DNA of 15,853 bases from Octopus sinensis (lineage: Eukaryota): NCBI RefSeq assembly GCF_006345805.1, contig NW_021825400.1, positions 1 through 15,853 of the forward strand, read 5' to 3'. The notes beneath the pieces were generated by a model. That model searched no databases. It saw only the letters and a program-made list of their open reading frames with translations, and was not told the DNA's origin. The position numbers and the translations under genes were made by a program. This document shows, in pieces, positions 10,050 through 15,853 of the stretch (within the stretch, counting starts at the first letter, position 1; every line of letters begins with the position of its first letter).

Positions 10050-10490
10050 ATGACCAAATGAGGCTATGGATATTTTCTAGCCATCTCTTTTTTGGTCTAC
10101 CTCTACATTCCCTGCTTTTTTGCATCATTTTAAAGAATCGCTCTGCGATTTTGTCATGTGACATCCTAATCGCATGTCCGCATTACCGGAAATGTAGTGG
10201 CACAAAACGGAAATGTACCGACCTGATCTGAGAGACTCCCTCATCTCCAAGGTACACACTGTGTCGAGTAAAGCTACTCCAGTTTTTTCGGAGAATCCCA
10301 TTTCGCGGCGCTTCTGTTTGAGATCAGACTCTTTCAGTCGTTAGCCAATATTCATGACACAGATGAGAATGGGCGAAACCCAAACTGAAGATAGTGTGTT
10401 TGGCTTTGCTACCAATTTGTCCTCTTCTGGGGATCGAATACTGGAACATTTTATGTATCTCGGGAGGGTCATTAAGCCAATAAAAAACAG
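10050..10490 (-). mobile_element. RTE-like LINE 3' ORF fragment
   Basis: Reads CGHAIRMSHDKIAERFFKMMQKSRECRGRPKKRWLENI, matching the RTE C-terminal pattern W(F/Y)GHxxRM...RxRGRPxxRWxxxI. Degenerate upstream. Confidence 0.75.
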
Positions 10491-10669
10491 ACGTACTGGT
10501 TCTATTTCACTTTATTATTCGTCCTTTGTTAACAATTTGTTACGAATTAACTAAATGAATGTTTGATTACCGTTTGGTTAACCTATCAACCAGTTATGGT
10601 TGTTAGCGACATTTTGTTGTCAATCGTGACCGCTTCGATGACTTGTTTTTGTTCTATACTTATGTAGTT

Positions 10670-10865
10670 ATGAGAGAGAGTGTACGTGAGAGAGAGGGTT
10701 AGAGAGTATGTCTGTGTACATATGTGTGTGTACATGTGAGCGTACATTCATGTGTGCGCTGTTGTGAATGTTTGCGTATGTATGTTTGTGTATGTGTGTG
10801 TGCTCGCGCGCCCGTGTGTGTGTTGTGTGTTGTGTGTGTGTGTGTGTGCTGTTGTGGTTGTGTGA
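10670..10865. repeat. Degenerate (GA)/(TG) simple repeat
   Basis: Directly visible. Confidence 0.9.
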
Positions 10866-11055
10866 TACAGTTGAATCTATAAGTTCGGTAGAGCGAAGAT
10901 GTGAATGTAAAGCGTGCGAATGGTAAAACGTTTATTCCTCATATCTTTATCTATAGTTTTCCTTTCATGAGACATGATATTGCAATCTTCAGAGAATAAC
11001 CCGGATTTTCTTAGTATTAATAATAAATAAAAGAAGAAACGAGAATTTTACTTAC

Positions 11056-11215
11056 TTTGACATTGCGAATAATCCAGTATATATCTATTCGTTTCCCTGA
11101 GCCTTCCTGACACGTGCCAGAGACAGCAACAGTTCTGTTATAGACTTCTTTAATATATTTAACGAAGGCTGGCAAGTGACATCCACACTTCATAAGCTTA
11201 TTGTTGTGGAGGTAA
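11056..11215 (-). CDS. Exon 2: last LRR + LRR C-terminal cap (LRRCT), with an apparent frameshift
   Basis: Acceptor ttattattacag, donor gtaagt. Phase-2 start joins exon 1 (AT|T = Ile) to give LPSIATIYLHNNKLMKCGCHL, the LxxNxLxxCxC cap entry. The exon is 160 nt; 158 or 161 nt would be in frame with exon 3. The shifted frame at its 3' end reads ILDYSQCQ, supplying the fourth cap cysteine and a phase-1 end. Confidence 0.85.
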
Positions 11216-11827
11216 CTGTAATAATAAAGAGAACTCTGAATGCGTTTCAGATCAACAGAGAAATTCCTATGTGATTTGATAAGAAACAAAGATTATAAAA
11301 TTTGAGCAGGTTTATAAACGCTATGGCATTCATTTTTTAAAGTGTTGTTAATGACATCAATATTGCGAAATGGTTTCTAGTAGAAAGTGGAAGCACTAAG
11401 GTTCTTTTTCTCTTTTAGCTTAGATATTGAATAATAAAGTACCTTTAAATAGATTACTAGCCACTTGAAACGATTCTATTTTATTGTAGTTTAGGGACAT
11501 TTAGTGTCGGGAATTTGGTGGTAGGGATCTTACGATACGACGCCGCTCTGTCTGAGAAAACTCGTTTAGACGGGCGGCTTTGGCGCTAAGAAGTTCGTGT
11601 TTATTCTATGTAGCAACTGGTTTTAAAACTAGAGACGTACCAGCGCAGAAACTGAGAGATTACAGTGTTGTACATTTTATAGCTTCAGCGGTACAGACAT
11701 GTATAGTAATACTCCTAATTAAGAAGGGGAAAATTAATATTCAATTTTGATATATCAATTTGAATATTTTCAGTCAATAATAAATCTCTGAACGAGATGT
11801 AAACAGTAACGGCTCGACAACGTAAAG

Positions 11828-12150
11828 TATAATTGCTATCTCAATATGGCTAACCACTAAGGGTGGGTGTTACTATAGCTTTTAACCCCAGGAGATCATC
11901 GTCAACGCACGGTATTCACCGGTTTCCGATCGTAAACCGGTGATTACCGTGCGTTGACAAGAGGCAAATACCTCGAAACTGCGGTCCGTGCGTATCACTT
12001 AGGCTTATGAGAGAGGGATGACCTCCTTTGCAAATACCATAAGGGCACAGATAGTGTGCCTAAAGCCAGCTGGAGACGATGATCTCCTGGGGCTACAAGC
12101 TACAGTAACACCTACCGTTAGTGGTTAGCCATATTGAGATGGCTATTATA
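11828..12150. mobile_element. MITE-like element with about 70-76 bp terminal inverted repeats
   Basis: 11835-11903 (gctatctcaatatggctaaccactaag...ccccaggagatcatcgtc) is the imperfect reverse complement of 12075-12143. The match extends outward to TA-ended tataat motifs; no coding capacity. Confidence 0.8.
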
Positions 12151-12175
12151 CAATATTTTCAGTGTTTTTAAAAAA

Positions 12176-12268
12176 GAGCAACAGCAAGAACAACAGCAAC
12201 AACATCAACAAAAATACAACAAAAACAACAAAAACAACAATAATAATAATAATAATAATAATAATAAT
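12176..12268. repeat. (CAA)n-like tract followed by (TAA)n
   Basis: Directly visible. Confidence 0.95.
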
Positions 12269-12538
12269 TAAACAACCATGACTATTTGAAGTGAGAAATA
12301 GAAGTTTGTTGACAATGAAGAGAGTAGAGGTGATACCAGTAGTAATTGGTACATTTGGAAGTATTAGCACTCAGCTACCAGCATGACTGAAAACAATTGG
12401 TACAAGTGTGAAGGTAGAACACCTAAAAGAAATCAGTATTGCTTGGAACGCAAGAATTCTTCGTAGGGTTCTTGAAGTATAAACAGTAAACAAGTAACAC
12501 TTTCCATCAAACCCAGAAAAGTAAGCTGTGAGTTTTCA
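12269..12538 (+). mobile_element. 3' end of an R4/Dong-like LINE (endonuclease C-terminus, stop and 3' UTR)
   Basis: Reads MKRVEVIPVVIGTFGSISTQLPA*LKTIG...(KSVLLGT)ARILRRVLEV*, stop at 12480-12482, then a short UTR and (TGA)n. The VIPxVIGxxG and LLGTARILR motifs are typical of the clade. Confidence 0.8.
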
Positions 12539-12539
12539 T

Positions 12540-12698
12540 ATGATGATGATGATGATGATGATGATTATTGATGGTGATGATTATGATGATGATGGTGGTG
12601 ATGATGATGATGGTGATGATAATGATGATGATGATGATTATGATGGTGATGATTATGATGATGATGGTGGTGATGATGATGATGATGATGATGATATA

Positions 12699-12731
<33 letters not shown>

Positions 12732-12775
12732 GTGATGAGGAGGAGGAGGAGGGGGAGGGGGAGGAGGAGGAGGAG
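12540..12775. repeat. Compound (TGA)n then (GAG)n trinucleotide repeat
   Basis: Directly visible; source of the poly-M/D/R ORF 12528-12836. Confidence 0.97.
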
Positions 12776-12789
12776 CGGAAGAGTAGGAT

Positions 12790-12975
12790 TATCCAAAGTG
12801 CTTAGGAGAAGAGAAAAGAATACATTCTTTAAATGAGAATGCATGGACAGTTTGAAAGGAATAAACAGGATGTTAAGGATAATACAGCATCGTGGGCATG
12901 GCTTGAGCGAGGTGATTTGAAGCGTACCACTGAAAGCCTGATCATTGTTGCATAAGACCAGGCTCTCGCTGCCTC
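12790..12975 (+). mobile_element. R4/Dong-like LINE internal fragment
   Basis: Reads RMHGQFERNKQDVKDNTASWAWLERGDLKRTTESLIIVA*DQAL, matching HGQF...SWxWLxxGxLKxxTEsxIxAAQDQAL. Confidence 0.8.
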
Positions 12976-13213
12976 ATTGGTCTGTCTCATTCGCTGTGTA
13001 TTGACCAAAACCAAATAATCCATTGATGAGGAGGTCCTCACGTAATCGCTAAAGCCAAAAACCTCTCAGTTCAATTGTCTTATGCCTGAGTAGAAATTAG
13101 AGGGAAAATGAATAAAAGAAGGTTTAACCTTCTCATTTGACCCTTCACATGCAATCATAGACATCTTCATACACATTCAAGCATGAATATGGTAGTAGAA
13201 AGTAAAGTTAGAG

Positions 13214-13249
<36 letters not shown>

Positions 13250-13478
13250 GGGTATGAATGTAAGCCATTCCCACCACTCTGTACTACATACTGCAGTAGA
13301 TTTATTAGAGAGGAGAAATGAGAAAATGATAATTGAAAATAACAGATACCAAATAAAATTAGGTAGGATGTGGTTAGAGAATCTTTAAATGATATTCTAG
13401 ATATAAATTTGAATCTTAAGACAGACATGATATAATAAAATGTATTGGGCAAACAGATTTCTCCTGATAGAGGAGAAA

Positions 13479-13625
13479 GAGATGACATACAATATATAGA
13501 TGATATACACTATATAAATGGTATACTAGATTTAGAGGATATACTAGATATAGATGATATACTGGACAGATGACATACTATGATATATTTAGATCATATG
13601 TTTGAAGAGATGACATACAAGATAT
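13479..13625. repeat. Degenerate minisatellite, core AGATGAYATAC
   Basis: About six variants (agatgacatac, agatgatatac, agaggatatac, agatgatatac, agatgacatac, agatgacatac) at irregular spacing. Confidence 0.6.
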
Positions 13626-14180
13626 GGATAAATCTACTAAGTGTAGCTAACCTGCAATATAGAGATTATCAGCTACAAGATATAAGTGACATACGAGCTA
13701 CTGTTGGCAAACGGTATTGTCATATAAGTGTTGTGGCGAAAGTTGATAGGTATTGCGAAGCTGCGAAATATTGCTGAGTAAAATACCAGTTATATTTGAC
13801 ATGAGAGATTTAGCTGGATAAGCATTCTAAATATAAGTGGAAATTATAGCAGATATATCTAAAATTGTAGGTATTGGAAATATTTTCTCCCTCGGCACTT
13901 CCTTTATTGAATATGATTTTCAGAAGAGAATATTCTGAACCTTTTAGGAATTTTGCTACATCGTAATGCAATTCTGTCATGTTCTGATAAATACAATTTT
14001 GAAATAGATCTGCTTGTATACCTCCCAACCTCTAATACTGCGCGAACGTTGTTAGTTTTACTACTATTTATCTCCCTTAAAATGTTCTCCATTCCAAGCA
14101 GTGTGGTTAAGCTTTAATAGGGATAGGATTGTGTTAAATTTCCCTCTCTTTCTTTACCTCTCCACACACACGTGTATATA

Positions 14181-14231
<51 letters not shown>

Positions 14232-14351
14232 TATATATAACACAGAAGAATGGAGATATCATACATATTGAACCATCCCGTTTCTGTCAGATTGGCAAAT
14301 CACAAAATCTTGCGATTAGTAATACTGCGTATTAATCGACCCACCAGTTTA

Positions 14352-14514
14352 CAGTGTGTTCTGTTTTCATGTTCTGAGTTCAAATTTCGAGGACGATTTC
14401 CTTTCATCTTTTGGGGTCGATGAATTAAGTACTAGCCGAGCACTACGGTGGATGTAATCGACAAGCCCCCAGCCACAAAATTGCAGGCATTGTGCTAATC
14501 GTAGAAAGAATATT
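14352..14514 (+). mobile_element. Older, 5'-eroded copy of the SINE family at 9565-9765
   Basis: Shares gttctgagttcaaatt, ctttcatc.tt, gatgtaatcgac / gatctaatcgac and gtagaaagaatattt with the 9565 copy. Confidence 0.7.
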
Positions 14515-15013
14515 TTAGCCCCTTGATTACCAAATTACCAAATGGCTTCGTGGTAGAAATACAGAGGCAAATACAGCAATCATCAGAAATATTTGAATGG
14601 AATTTTTGTGGATCTTATTCCTTCTGATAACTCCGTTGTCATAAGGATATAATAAGTAATAATAATATATATATGTGTGTGTGTGTGTATGCTTATATAT
14701 GCACATACGCATATACACACAGGAATCTTTATATATGTGTGCATGTAGGTTGGTATGTAGGCCACTCTCTCGACTCCAGTTAATTATGTGTATTTATAAA
14801 CATGGGGTAAACTAGATCAAACCAACCATTTGATATTTGAACATAAACTTTTCGATAATAAAACACAATGCTCGGAAATCATGTTGATCCACTGAAATTT
14901 AAATCAAATCATTGTTGTTTATTACCAACAACATTTAACGAGGAATTGAGAATTTTATGACCTCATTTTATTATTTTTATTTTCTTATAACCAAAAAGAA
15001 CTTGTTTGCTTAC

Positions 15014-15085
15014 ATTGTAGCTATGCTGGGAAGGAATAAGAAAGCGCCATCTTCATATTTTTCTATTGGGTTGCTGTTCAAATAT
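15014..15085 (-). CDS. Exon 1 in window: single 24-aa leucine-rich repeat
   Basis: Acceptor ttgtctctttttcag, donor gtaagc, exactly 72 nt, phase 2-2. Reads YLNSNPIEKYEDGAFLFLPSIAT(I), fitting the typical LRR consensus xLxxNxIxxxxxxAFxxLxxLxxL. 72-nt phase-2 exons are characteristic of animal LRR genes. Confidence 0.87.
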
Positions 15086-15436
15086 CTGAAAAAGAGACAA
15101 ATATTACACACTTTAAAATAAGTAAAAGTAAATAAATATGTTTTTTCCTGTTCAGTACTAAATTGCGTTTCAGTCAACACTAACAGGGTAAATGCTGATA
15201 TTACACACTACAATTGTTTATTTCTCTTTATAGTTCTGTGGGAAGTGTTGTTTGAACAAGAATAGGTTCCTTCAATCTAACTTAATTATCCTAAAAGAAA
15301 ACCTGATAACAAAACAGCAAAAGATGGAAGGGAATAAAATACAAAAATAAAAAAATAACAAGGAGACTTTCTTATGTGCACAATATGGGTTTTAGTCAAC
15401 ATTCTCATCTATGGTAGAAATATCATCCTCCATATA

Positions 15437-15853
15437 GGCAAGGTTCTGTGGCAGGAAAATTACTTCTCACATCCATGGATTCTTTATTCCAACTGTGTGG
15501 CACCTTGGATAAATAACATTAACTATAACCTTGGGTCAACTAATCGTTGTGAGTGAATTTGCAGCAGGAAACTGTGTGGATTCCTTTCGTATGTACATAT
15601 ATATATATACTATACACACACACACACCACACACCACACATATATATATATATATATATTAATATATATATATATATGTGTGTGTGTGTGTTGTATGTAT
15701 GGTGTGTTTGCTTGATAACCAATATTGGTTTGTTTACGTCCCCCGTAACTTAGTGATTCCTCAAAAGGTATCCGACTGATTAAGTGCAGATTTTAAAAAT
15801 TCAGTACTAAGGATGATTTGTTCGAGTACACGCTTGAAGGTAGTACTCCAGCA
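15437..15853 (+). mobile_element. Diverged tRNA-derived SINE with internal (TA)/(CA)/(TG) microsatellite, truncated by window end
   Basis: Recognisable blocks gtgtggcaccttgg, ttgtgagtgaatttg..ggaaactg, gtttacgtccccgtaacttag and ttgaagg..tactccagca. It ends where the copy at position 1 begins. Confidence 0.7.

Larger units (their letters stand above)
2390..15085 (-). other. Partial multi-exon gene model: LRR + LRRCT + three-finger/LU (Ly6/uPAR-like) domain extracellular protein; 5' and 3' ends not identified
   Basis: Hand-spliced from six GT-AG exons: YLNSNPIEKYEDGAFLFLPSIATI-YLHNNKLMKCGCHLPAFVKYIKEVYNRTVAVSGTCQEGSG..[frameshift]..ILDYSQCQN-YSLFQRNLQCQTCSGIKCNKSEVTSCPGTE-PVCRFAISMNGAKLKTERSCSTYRKCVEAMRNNTLTCNKRTNGTSCTGCCVGHLCNKNDFIG-WTKSLVFRLIFKKFNEYKIPAENISRA-IEHDLSTVTGT. 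Junction phases 2,1,0,1,0 match at all five introns (the second only after frame correction). Sequons: NRT, NYS, NKS, NNT, NGT, NIS. Confidence 0.85.

Noticed and set aside
12528-12844. Poly-Met/Asp/Arg ORF resembling an acidic or biomineral protein
   Set aside because: It is the translation of (TGA)n/(GAG)n between two LINE fragments, with no splice signals or domain context.
13810-14092. Overlapping minus-strand ORFs tested as extra LRR exons
   Set aside because: No LRR consensus and no 72-nt phase-2 exon; the acceptor at about 13860 meets stops in all three frames. Exon 1 already joins exon 2 as a proper LRR.
14527-14765. Minus-strand ORFs between the LRR exons
   Set aside because: Partly microsatellite-derived; no LRR pattern and no convincing acceptor/donor pair.
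1-15853. CRISPR arrays, rRNA, tRNA genes or prokaryotic operons
   Set aside because: None seen. The DNA is spliceosomal-intron-containing animal sequence, and the A/B-box motifs belong to SINEs.

Overview
AT-rich, microsatellite-dense eukaryotic DNA. The SINE and LINE fragments resemble octopod (Octopus-like) repeats; this assignment is from recognition, not a search. The main content is the middle of one multi-exon minus-strand gene that the ORF track largely misses. Six GT-AG exons (15085-15014, 11215-11056, 6715-6624, 4678-4495, 3524-3442, 2441-2390) splice in consistent phase once one frameshift in exon 2 is corrected. They encode an LRR, an LRR C-terminal cap, a 12-cysteine three-finger (Ly6/uPAR, LU-like) domain ending CCxxxxCN, and further unidentified sequence. 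Six N-glycosylation sequons point to an extracellular receptor ectodomain. The start codon, signal peptide and C-terminus were not found. Introns hold R4/Dong-like and RTE-like LINE fragments, tRNA-derived SINEs (one with a 16-bp target-site duplication), MITE-like inverted-repeat elements and many simple repeats. A 594-bp tandem duplication (923-2110) differs largely by small indels. Together with the frameshift, this suggests imperfectly polished sequence, so gene versus pseudogene status is unresolved.
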